Below, piece by piece: positions 51,400 through 62,499 of a DNA stretch of 64,000 nucleotides (its first letter is position 1; each line of letters begins with the position of its first letter). The notes under the pieces are model-generated. The model did no database searches, was not told where the DNA came from, and saw only the letters and a program-made list of their open reading frames with translations. The DNA is from Klebsormidium nitens (taxonomy: Eukaryota; Plantae; Klebsormidiophyceae): the NCBI GenBank assembly GCA_000708835.1, contig DF237339.1:22922-86921 (forward strand), given 5' to 3'. Made by a program: the position numbers and the translations under genes.

Positions 51400-54300
51400 A
51401 TGCCCATCATTGGCCTTCCCCGGGAGGTCGTGAAATGGCTCCTCAGCCTGGACCTGTCGTGCACCATAAAGAACGTCAAGAGGTGAGCCCCAGCTTCTTC
51501 GTCGATGCCAACCCCAGGTACAGGCAATTGGCTTGACGCCGTCGTAAGAAATCGTTTGACAGCTTATCCTTTGATGCACGCTTTCAGAAACGGTTTGAAA
51601 CTCTGGCTGACAGCCAGACCACCGATTTTAAGCACAAGAGTTGCTACACTGACTACTTCATGGATTAGATTTTGGGGTTAGCCAGCTCTCCAACGGTATG
51701 CGCCTGGAGAGCTCCTGCGGTTCAAAAGTGGTCCCCCAAACGTTTGAACAGGGATGTAAGAGGGTTGTCAAGGCACCCAGACCACGTTGGGATTATGTAG
51801 CTATGGCGTAACAGCAAGATCACTAGTGAGCTTGAAGGTTGCGCAAGTCCGCGGGCGGGCTCACTGCATTTGCAAACCTAGACGAGGGGACTCAAGCCCA
51901 AGTCACAAGGGGATTGGGAGAAAAGTACCATTTTCCCTTTGTCTAGCAGGCAGCAAAGGTGTCTTCCGGAACGAAGAAATACATCTCAAGCCGAGGTTTA
52001 GTCTAGGTTCTCATTACTTTCCCTGCAGGGACTTTTCCAATGGCTTCTTGGTGGCAGAGATTTTGTCCCGGTACTACCCCCAGGACGTCCAAATGCACTC
52101 GTACGACACGGCCACCGGGGTCACCAAAAAGCGCGACAACTGGAAGCTCTTGGAGAAGGTCTGCAAGGTGGGTCGACACACGATTCCCTACACAGATACC
52201 CGAGGCTTCTTTTGTAGGATGGTTAAGGCGGCCGTATGGTAAGGCGCATCCCAGCTTCAGAATTGATACATATCTTCTGCGGCTGATTACTAGTGCAATG
52301 TGAGCAGAGACCAGCGGCTGAACGCACATGAGGTGGATGTCTGACTCATGCAGTATGTGACTATCTCAGTTGAGGTGGCGACGGTTTGTTCCATTGCTGC
52401 CTGCTTAACTAAGTCCGGATTTGAGCCTAAGCATCGGGGAGGTATAGTCTGGGCTCCAACCCCGTTCTTGTCTCCAAGAACAGCAGATTGTTGTCCTTGG
52501 ACCCGCCTTGCACATAGCAGTTCTTCAAATTACAACAGGATCGCCGCACTTCCCCGCTTGTGGGCTGCCCCCGATCCACAGCTCTGCACCTTTCTAGAAA
52601 GGTGCTCCCGTACGCTTTGCCTGCTTCGAGACAAGAACGGGTCTCGAGCAAAGGTCCGACGTATCTCGGCATTTCAGTTTCTGAGATCAGCGTCCCTGTC
52701 TTGCAGAAGAGGGGGTTTTTGATGAACAATAACGAGGTCGAGAGCATCATTGCATGCACGGGTGATGCAATCATTCCGTTCCTGGAGAGGTTGCACCGAC
52801 ATCTGACGAATCGCGGGTAAGCAAGCTTGTGCAATCAGAGAATTTCGTTTTGTTGAGTTGTATCTAGGTCGCGTTGTCGTTAACTTATGGACACACCACG
52901 GAGTTCCGCCTGATTAAAATTACTCTATTCTGTCTTTCAAAATGGTTAAACGATTGTGCTTAGCATCGGGCTGTGATTTTCTTACAGCTAGAGGTTACAA
53001 GTGCCCTTCGTGAGAGGTCGTCAGGTTGTCGAAGTGAGACAACAAAATATGTCACGTTACGGAGCTTCGGAGATTTGAACCGATGCTGAAGTCAGAGCGC
53101 TTCAACCCCTCAGAAGCATCACGTCAGCTTTATATAACCGTATGGCAATGTCAAGCTATATCTCTTTCAAGACGTCTTGTAATTGTTTTGATTGGCGAAG
53201 CAAAGTCAGTCGGTTGCAATGTTCTCGTCCAAGCGAGGATTGCGTTGTGGGCATCTGACTGAGCTTGATATTCCATGCAGAGCAAACGGCCTGCGGAGTC
53301 TGAACGGGGCAAATGGGGCCGACGCCGGGTTCATTACGCGAGCGGTAGAGTCTGCTTACACCACCACGTCAGGGTAAGCCTCTTGGCTGCGCTTGCTGCA
53401 TGCGTCAACCTTCTTTTGAGTGCCTCGTTCCGCGGCAAGAAAGTCACCCTCCGTGCAAGCCCACTTGGTCTTAGCAATGCTCGCAGGATCTCAAGCCTCT
53501 CGAGGTGGTCATTTACAGGACTTCCTAAAAGGCTTCTCAACACCACACAGAAAAGTTTCTTTTCAAGATTAAATTTCCCCAGCTTCGATTCACTCTGCCA
53601 GGATAATGAGGGACGCAGCGTCGCAGATTTGAAAGCCGACATAAAGAAACGACGGAGGCGTCCTGGTACTTAGGTTCCGCTCCCTGCTACAGGTTCGATT
53701 ACGAAAGCGCGCCGGCGTTCTCCCCGGGGGCGGTCAGCGAGGGCGCCTTCTCCCCCCACTCCGACGGGCAATTTCGCAGCCCAAGCTCTGTCTGGGAGTC
53801 CAGTCCGGTCCAGAACGATCACCAAAATGATTACCCCGACTGGGAACAACCCGGCAACACAGGACAAGACACTGGTCGATCGAACGGTGTTGGTGGGCAC
53901 CAATGGAACGGATCGAACGGCGGAGGGAGGGGGCACGAACGGGGAATGCCTTACCAGGCGGATCCGTCGTTGCCGGGGAGCAGCGTCGTGGCCGAATTTT
54001 ATAGTCGAACGCTGGGGGCGGGGGAGAACGGGTGGCACGATTCGACGCCGATGAGTCGGCCGAGGGGGCACGAGAACGGGGTGCCCAGCACGAGCTACGA
54101 CGACGAAACGTCACCGAATGGGGGGTATTACTCCGGGGGGAAGAGGCACGTAACGTGGCAGCGGCGGGGGGATCCCTCGGCGGAGCTCCGCTCTGAGGAT
54201 AGCGTCCTGAGCAGCGGATCGGAGGCGAACGGAACGGGCCGGCGCGGGCGGAAAAGCGGTGGGGTTAGTGGGCAGCGGAAGGGTGACACCAGTCCGCGGG

Positions 54301-56249
54301 TGAAGATAACGAGCGGGTCGATGGGAGAAAAGAAAGTGCCAAAGCCGGGGGGAAAAGGCGGGGCGAAAGGGAAGAATGCGGTGGAACGGGCGAGAGAAAG
54401 GGAAAGAGAGTTGAAGGAAAAGGAAGAAGCGGCAGGGGGGGTGAGGCCGAGCCGGAAACCGGTGGTTATGAAGCCGGGGGAGCGGAAAGCGGACCCGTCG
54501 CTCTACTTTCGAAAGACAGATAGACAGGTAAGAAAAGCGCTTACTGTAAAGCGCTTGTTTTGCCGCGTTCGCAAGATGCAGAAATGCGGGTATCGTGGTC
54601 CTGAGTTCGGGTGTCTTGTTCATTCGGTGCCGGAATCTGAAAGTCTTTTCGCAAGGAAAGCCTTGGTATCCAATTAGGAAGCATGGGAGGAACGCCGGAA
54701 CAGTCTAGCAAAACAGACGTCTTCGGAATTTCATTGGTATGCCCCACCCCGTCCTTTGAAGCACGAAGTGGAAACACCACTAGGAAAGGCAAACAATGCA
54801 TCCAAAAGAGCTTGGATTGGGACGGCCAGTCACTTCTGCTGGATTTTTCCGGACCGTAATCCGCAAAAAGTCCCTGAAATCTGTCTCTAAAGGAATGTCT
54901 GTCCGCGCAGATGAACTTCCAGCCATACACCGTGGACGACTTCAAGAAGCTGCAGGCGACCGGATACGTACAGCTAGGCAAGCTGGGGCCGGACCTCGAA
55001 ACGGAGGAGCTGCAGGCCAAGGTGGGTTGTTTCTAGTGTTTACTCTTTTCAATACTGAAAGTTAGAGAGGCGACAACGTTTGCCTAGACTTGTTCAGTCT
55101 GTTGAACTGGTAGTCGGCCGTTCTTCATTCCCTGGCTGACAGCATGTTGGTTCGAATGGATTACGTTACCTGGAAAGATACGGAAGTTTCTTTTCGAGTG
55201 CTATGCACCGAGTTGTTGAGACGAAGAGCGTCTCAATTTGTCGCTCACGAGGGTTCCTCCTATGTTGCAGAAGGAAAAGGTGGAACGGGTGAAGAACTTT
55301 GTGAATACGATCCGCCCGGCGAACGTGCTGCAGGTAAGAATTGTACAGCATGCAGACTTCCTACAAGAGCTCTCCAAGCGAGCCTTTCAAAATGCTGCAA
55401 CTGCAAGAATGGTGATGGTTTCTGGCAGCTTCAAGATCTTCTCTAGCAACTCGTGCTGTCCGTAAATCAACCGTCCCTTTCCTCTCTGGACACGCGCTGA
55501 CGAGGGCTTTGCTGCATGCAGCCGGTAAACGCTCGAAAAACCAGAGTTCTGGAGAAGCCCGCGTCATCCCGTCAAAAGGTGAGCCGCTTGCGTTCTGCTT
55601 CGGGTAACCAGGAATGACGTCTTCAAGAGTAGATAATATCTTTCGAGCGGGTTTTCATCTTCAAACTATTGAAGAACCGTTCTGTTGCAAACGCGGGCTA
55701 AATAACTCTCTGGAGCTTTGTCCGATCAAGAATGCCCTCCAGAAACTCGTCTGGAAAGTATTCGTGTAGCATTCTCGCTATGGTGGGGATGGTACACACA
55801 AGCGGACATTCCTCGTGAATAATTTGCGCCCGGGAAGAATACACTGCACATGAAGTTCGAAACAGATACACTTAAAACCTCTGTCAACTCAAAGCGCTCT
55901 CGTGGAATGTGCAGTGCTGCAAGCCCTCCAGTTTGCAAAGTCGAATATCCAGCCGCTGGCGCGAATGGAAAAAACACGGTCTGTCTCACGGCAACCTGTG
56001 TGGTCATCCTTGCAAGTGGCAAACAAACAGATAGATACCTGACCGAATTGAAGCCCCTTGTCACAGGCCCTCGAGTTCGCCAAGACGATATCGAAGCCGG
56101 CCCCATCGAACCGGACGTCCGGATGCAGCCCTCCCGGCCGGTCCGAACCGTTCGACGAAAGGCCGGACGAACCGAGCGAACTAGAGCGGTTGGAGGCGCA
56201 GCACCGGCAGGACCAGGAGCGAGTGGAGGTGAGCAACGGAACGGACTGA
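51400..56249 (+). CDS. Ciliary protein with N-terminal SPATA4/SPEF1-type calponin-homology (CH_2) domain and C-terminal JHY-like domain
   Basis: Exons 51400-51482, 52029-52167, 52707-52816, 53281-53373, 53693-54527, 54911-55021, 55271-55333, 55522-55578, 56067-56228/56249 join in phase. [16 protein letters not shown]...[18 protein letters not shown]...KKRDNWKLL (SPATA4-type CH). [12 protein letters not shown]...LGKLGPD...[15 protein letters not shown]...[13 protein letters not shown] (JHY-like). The 3' end is uncertain because of a strong GTGAGC donor at 56229. Confidence 0.82.
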
Positions 56250-58123
56250 GGAAGGCAACGGAATGAAGACGGAAGGACCTCTTCAGCCGATAACGAACCG
56301 CAAGGTTTTTGTAGAACCTTCAGGATGGCGCTGCCCAGTTGCAGGTCAGTCGAGTGGATAAAGAGATGTTTTAAGTAAACCTGAAATGGGATCCATTGAA
56401 TGACCTATAATCTTCAAGTATCGAACCAAGAGTCGCCATATAGAAACTCTCCTCTTTCGTACGAAACGGAATCAGGAGGGGTCGACGCGTCCCCCTGGAA
56501 CGAATAGTGGAGTTGCGTAGAGGACTACAATCACCCATTTCTTATTTCCGCATCGATTCTGAGAGATCATGGGCGATTCTCTCCGTAACGTCACCGCCGA
56601 TTTTCCAGTGCTGGCTCTGTTATACAGCCCCGGTCGAGGCCCTTCCTGACTGCGGGACGTGAATTCATTGGCAGTGTTTTTGTGACTATCTTAGCCAACG
56701 GCGCTTTGAATCCAATCGATCACCGAAGGTCTTTCGACTAGCCCGGCCCACTCCAAAATTGGAATCGAAGCGTTGTGGGAGAAAAGTCGAAGTTGCGCAT
56801 TATTGTTCGATTAGTTTGCCTGACGTTGCTTCTATCTTTCATCTCTGAAGGCTATCCGCAGAGACCTGCAAGCGACGCTCCGGTGAAAGCGGCTCTTTCG
56901 GATTCCAAAAACGACCCAAACATTCTGTAAATAAGACTGTGGCAAGCACGTGGTAGCGACGGTCTGATGAAGACACACGCACAAGTCTGTCCTGGAAATG
57001 AGAGCAAGTTTGATTTTAAGTAGCTAGACTAAACCTCGGCGTGGAGTTGAAGCAGAGGATTGAAGCCAACCCTGGAAGACTGCAGTGCGATAATGACGTA
57101 CTCGGTCGATTATGGATCTGGCGTTTCGTTCCAAGACGAATACGTACAGTTAGATTCGATATTGTGCTTGCGCACGGACAAAGTCGAGAAGCACGAAAGC
57201 ACGTCAGTACCACATCTTTCGGAGCGCGCAATTGATGTAACTACTGGCTGGAGTCTGCATGGACAAAATCTGGCACTCTATACAATCAGCCGTCGGAATC
57301 CATCGCCGGTTGAACTGCATCGCCATGTGGTCACTCTGCCTACACTATGTATGGTATTTACTAGGACCGAACAAACTCATGCAGGTGCCGCGTACCTATG
57401 ATCGAGATACTCAGACGCACAATCAAGCTCCATGCGAGATCAAATAAGTATGCATGGAAACTTGTACTGCATGAGATTAAGCCCATGCACATGGATGATA
57501 ATAGAATCTGCTTTCAAGTTTGATTGAGCCTACGTACACGCCAGTATAGAGTATAGATCAAATACCTCAACTCCAGGATTATTGAGCCTAGTACTAACGG
57601 TTGACCGACCTGTTTCTGCTTTGTCAAGTCGGCTGCATCTCCCTTACCCAATGATCTGATATTTTCAATGGAACTTAACCAAGAGACTCCGGCCGATCTG
57701 TTTTAACGCGGTTTGGAATATCAGAGCATCAGAATTCGGGGCAGCTCTTTGATATATAAGTTCATGGGGCAGTTCTGTCTTAGATTACAGTGCTTCAAAC
57801 TAGAAGGTGTACTTCGACAAAGCCTTGTGAATATCACACCGTAGATCTGCTACGTGCAAGAATTTTATCAAGTCTACCACTCACTAACACTCTCACAGAT
57901 GTCGTAGCCTAGCTGTCGATATCAGGATACAACTCAACACTCTAAGCTGTCATGACTACATCTTCATTCGTGTATTCGGTCTCAAGTGCGACCGATCGCC
58001 TGACCCTGCTATCAACACTGCACTAGTCGCACGGCTTCTTGTTCAGACCCCGGAATATACTGGGACGGATGCACATAAACCCACCTGGCCCCCAGTAAAG
58101 ACACGGCGAAACGTCCATTCAGT

Positions 58124-59131
58124 CTATGGCAGACTTGCCAATTCTTTCAGTGCTTGGGCGCGTCCAATAGCGGCGAGCACCCGTGGCCCCTTTACACTGT
58201 TGTACTCCTCCACCATCACCTTTGAAACGGTCAGAATATTTATGACCGTGCTGACAACCAGGAACGACGCAGCCGCCCTGGCCAAAAACCATACGACGTT
58301 CGCGTTCGTAGCATGATTGTCGCCCCTAGGACAGAACCTGGCAAGAGAGGGAAACACACCCTTCATAACAGGGGAACACCTTCAAGTGGAGGAGACTTCC
58401 GGTCTCTCAAACAACGGTATCACCTAACCAGTCTGCCAACCATGTGTTAAACAGAGGGAAGCATGATGAAGATGTTGAGCAGTCAACTGGTCAAGGATCG
58501 ATCATAGGCGACACTCGGTGTACTCAAACCCCACAAAAATCCTGCCAAGTGGTTAGGCGTGTTCCATCGCGGGTTCTCAGGCTCCATTTGCTTTTTCGAA
58601 AGCCTTGAAATAATCATTGGGCTTTGAAGGATACGAATTATCGAACACGTCTGTACACGGATGGAAGTCTGCACATAATCCTTGTGGCGAACCAATGCCT
58701 CGTACAATCATGGGCCCTCAGAATGACAGACTGCAAAATAAATACATAGACCATTCCTTTTGAGAGCACAATAGGTAGACCGTAATTGGTCATCATGTTA
58801 GCTGCCAGTTCCGAGGCGACCAGATCGTCGAGCAAATTAAGGAAGAAAACACGACAATTGGTCTATCACGATGGATAATTACAAAAGCTGGACACTAGTG
58901 ACAATACGAACTTCACCTGCTCTCCAAGTTGTAGAAGTAGAAAGCGCAGCTGACGGCAGTTGCAGCGCAAAGCGCGTACATCAAATAAGCGGAGCTGCAA
59001 CGGAGCACCCTTTTGAAGAAGATAGTCCCGGCATTTCGAAGGATGCATTGGTAACACCCTTTGCTCAGAAGATGTGCAACATCCTGAGGTGGTCTGACGT
59101 CCGCAGGGTCTGCAAGCAGTCGATGCACCAT
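58124..59131 (-). pseudogene. Decayed two-TM gene, possible paralog of the neighbouring TM gene
   Basis: TM1-like exon ending at a phase-2 donor at 58917 (AYLMYALCAATAVSCAFYFY). The next exon from 58730 has an in-frame TGA at 58718-58720 and further stops. TM-like piece at 58124-58340 (VVWFLARAAASFLVVSTVINILTV). Confidence 0.35.
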
Positions 59132-59897
59132 TTAGATCAAGAGCATGTGGTATCCAAACGGGGTTTGTGTCCCAGCAACAATTGTAAGGCCTGGAACCCG
59201 CTACAGTACTATGGCATGCAAGCACCCGACGATCAAGGGGACTGCCTAAATCCATGTAAGCTAGCCTACCAATAGCCGATAGCGCAGGTGGATTTATGGA
59301 TTACGATGCAGCACGATGGGGCAGATGCTTCGCGGATTGACAGCTCAAAGCAGGCAATTGAGTCTTTGATATCGCAGATCAGGTGTATGACCGAAACCCC
59401 CAATTTTTGCACACCTATCTTGTCTCCAGCCGAAGCTGATGGCTCGTTGCTTCCAGGCTCTCTCTTTGCTTGGCATCGCTGGCAAGTGAAGCCTTCCGGC
59501 AAGCGGACTTCCAATCCCAACGCTACGGAATCCGCTAAGAACTTCCAAGGCTGCACCCACAAACCGGACTGCATCGTTTGCGGCTTTCAGAAGAAGTGAT
59601 TCAAGACTTCACACAGAGTGCAAAGTCCAACAAAAGAAGTCAAACGGCTTGACGAACAATAGACTTCAAAGCCTGGGTAAAGACAGAGGGGAGGACACGA
59701 AGACATTGCTAAGCGCTTAGCCTGAGGAATGGCTGTGAATACAGTCAATCGGGAGACTGCCATTTACACCGGTTTTTCAAGCAGAAGCAATAGATACTGA
59801 GCTACCGCTGAACATTTAAGCGAACATAGACGTATCTGCTTCATGGGATTACAACAAAACGAACTAGTATGCGAAGGAGGTACACTTGACCACTCAC

Positions 59898-61432
59898 CGA
59901 CAGCTTGACAATATCCCCGACGAGCGACGACACATAGACACATGCCAGGAGGCCTGTTACTGACAGCGCAAGATACATATTGGCTACGATTTCTTGGTAG
60001 CGCCAAGCCGAGTCGGAGACCTCGCAGCTCCTCATGGGGTCAGTAGAATTTAGAAGGCCCTGTACCCAGCGGAGTTGGCCGGGGATGTCCAACTTGGTGC
60101 AGCAGGGGGGCCACTCCGAAGGGGAGACGAGCGGGTTGCAACAGCGCGGAGTCGGGTTACCGGCGAAAGTGAAGGCCTGGCAGCAGTTCTCCTGGATGAG
60201 AAGGTCGCTGCTCTGGTTCCTGATAAGAAGATACGTGGCTCAGGTTCTGAGGATCGTAGAGACTGGTAGGACGAACCAGCCAGGGTTCTCAAATTTGTCT
60301 GGTTGCCTTGACGCCCTCTTTGAATCCTGCGCTGCAGCATCGACTACAATAGCTTGCTTTCACTATTTCACCAGAAGGGCACCAAACCAACACTGGTACG
60401 CCTGGCGAGGTACACAAATCTCCAGGTGGAGGACACCGTAATTTGAACCAGCTTGAGACGCCATGAATGACAAGTGCGCATTCCAAACATTGTCAGTGAT
60501 TCGGAAAGGCTCGCAAAAGAGGAAAAGCGCATACCTGTTGAAGCTTCCAGCCACGGCAGCGAGCACAGCAGTTATAAAGGCTGCATACAGCGCTAGGATC
60601 TGAAAGACGTCCTTGCGCTTCACATCGATCAGACGCTTTTTCTCGGCGTACACCCGCTCGCCGCTTTTTCCTTGCAGTGCTTCCTTCAGCTTGTCAATTT
60701 GTTCTGCAAACAAAGTGTGTCGGAGGGGTGATCAGTCAAACAAGAGCAGTCGTAATGACGCCAGTGAAAACGGACTCAGGTCTTTATATAGGTCAGGATT
60801 TCACCCCTTACTCAATGAGGTTAACCAAAGGCAAGTAAGAGCTCCATTCTGCTCCAATTGGCAATCAATGTATACGAGACTGTCAAACCCTAGACGAAGC
60901 ACCACCAGGCAAGCTCCTATTCAAAGCTCGATGCTTGTGCAAACGCATCCATTGGACTCCATCTTTAACGCAGCTCAGCCTCACTGATTAGCAAAGAGAT
61001 CGAGATAATGAACGACTTTTCCAGCTTTCGTACTTTGACATGACCTTTTCTTTTTCTGCTAGAACTGAAACTCATCGTTTCCTTCTCTGCCACTCAAAAC
61101 ACATGGCTTGCTATTGAAACCCTTGGACCTTACTTGATTTGACTTGCTTGAAAGGAATACATCAATCATGCATTGCATGTCTTAAGATTGAAGAGTACAT
61201 TTCCCCTTGCCCCACGACTCTCATGTATCTTGCAACTTAAGAAAGTGTTGGGATTCAAACTTTGCATTTTCTCTAGCTTCCGCTTCTTTTCTTCGGCCCT
61301 CTTGATGGGGTCCCTCTGCGCTCTGGAATCATGACTCCGCATGAAGAAGCCTGTCATGCCAGACCCTGGAAAACCGATTACTGTACGCTGAGCATAAAGT
61401 TCAATCTCAGATCCTTCGTCAACGAGAACTGC
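59898..61432 (-). pseudogene. Coiled-coil plus two-TM protein with Cys-rich loop; one apparent 1-nt frameshift (pseudogene or assembly homopolymer error)
   Basis: Exons ~61432-61258, 60703-60535 and 60219-59898. KRLIDVKRKDVFQILALYAAFITAVLAAVAGS (TM1), loop ENCC..PRCC..APCC, MYLALSVTGLLACVYVSSLVG (TM2). The frame breaks at the G4 run 60121-60124; adding one base restores it. Confidence 0.55.
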
Positions 61433-61886
61433 AGAATGTTGGAGGCAAGCAGAACGCAAGCAATGAGATTGTCAGCTTTGGAGATTTGAATGCACAGTGG
61501 CCAGCTTTTCTTGTGGTGTTTTTATGATCGAGAGATGGCTCCTGGCTACATTCAAACATGTAGCAATGATGGAAACCCAGACCGCTGGATGTGGCCTGAT
61601 TGTGCAGGTGGGGTGCGCTTTGCCAGCTAGCAAAAAGACTTTTAATGGCCTACGCATCTCTTACAAGGACTCGGACAGTTGAAAACGAAGAAGATAATGG
61701 CACCTATGGAACATCATGGAACCTAACAACCACTGCCAGTTCGTGTTCTCCACTGCTGCTTTTGAAACTATCGACTTAAGACCCAGACGACAACCAAAAT
61801 GCACTCTGGATGTCATCAAATTGTACAATTGTTCTGTAGGGTGGATTCTCTTCCTCTTCAGGTCAAACAGGAAACTGAGGGAGTCC

Positions 61887-62499
61887 TCATGGCAACCTAG
61901 GGTCCTCACCCGAGCTTCCGCCGGTCTCCATGTTCCGAGGGCTGGAATTATTAGGTATGTTGGGAGCACTAGAACCCAAGGGGGTCCCAGCCTCAACATC
62001 CTTGTCGCCGTTGTGGTTGAGCTCCTGAGGAGAGGTCTGTGAAAGTTATTTTTTGATCAGCAGCATATGCACTGTTGGCCTGTCAACTTTGATGCCTTCC
62101 TAACAGTGCTGAGCTATCGCAGCATTGCTTCCACTGCTGAGCTATCACAGCATTGCTACCACTGAGGACTTGCGGTGATTGCGTAAGACAATGTCAACAT
62201 CAGCGAAGCACTCCGAACTTGCTCCCAAGAGCAAAGCTAAGATAAATAAGTGATATCCAACACAGACGATGAGTCCAACCATGACTTTGAACATATGAAA
62301 AGAAGGGGCTGTCAAAGCTTGCCACAATCTTGCAAGATTTTTCTATGTGCAATGGCACCACATGGCTTCCGTCAGCCTCTCACCGTCCCCATGACTTGGT
62401 TGGTCCCTCTTAGAAGGTGATGAATCAGAAGAGAACCTATCACTTTGGTTGCGGTTGCCGGTACCTGCAGCAGGCATCATGTCTTTCCAGTCCAGTGAT
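61887..62499 (-). pseudogene. Decayed TM gene fragment with one in-frame TAG and a terminal exon
   Basis: Phase-2 exon from 62499 with in-frame TAG at 62343-62345, then TM (FKVMVGLIVCVGYHLFILALLLGA). Donor near 62162 lies in a 28-bp direct repeat (62108-62135 / 62136-62163). Terminal exon 62036-61887 (TSPQELNHNGDKDVEAG...RLP*). Confidence 0.4.

Noticed and set aside
53751-53757. Possible frameshift in the CH-JHY gene at the C6 run
   Set aside because: With six C the exon stays in the frame of ORF 53946-54677.
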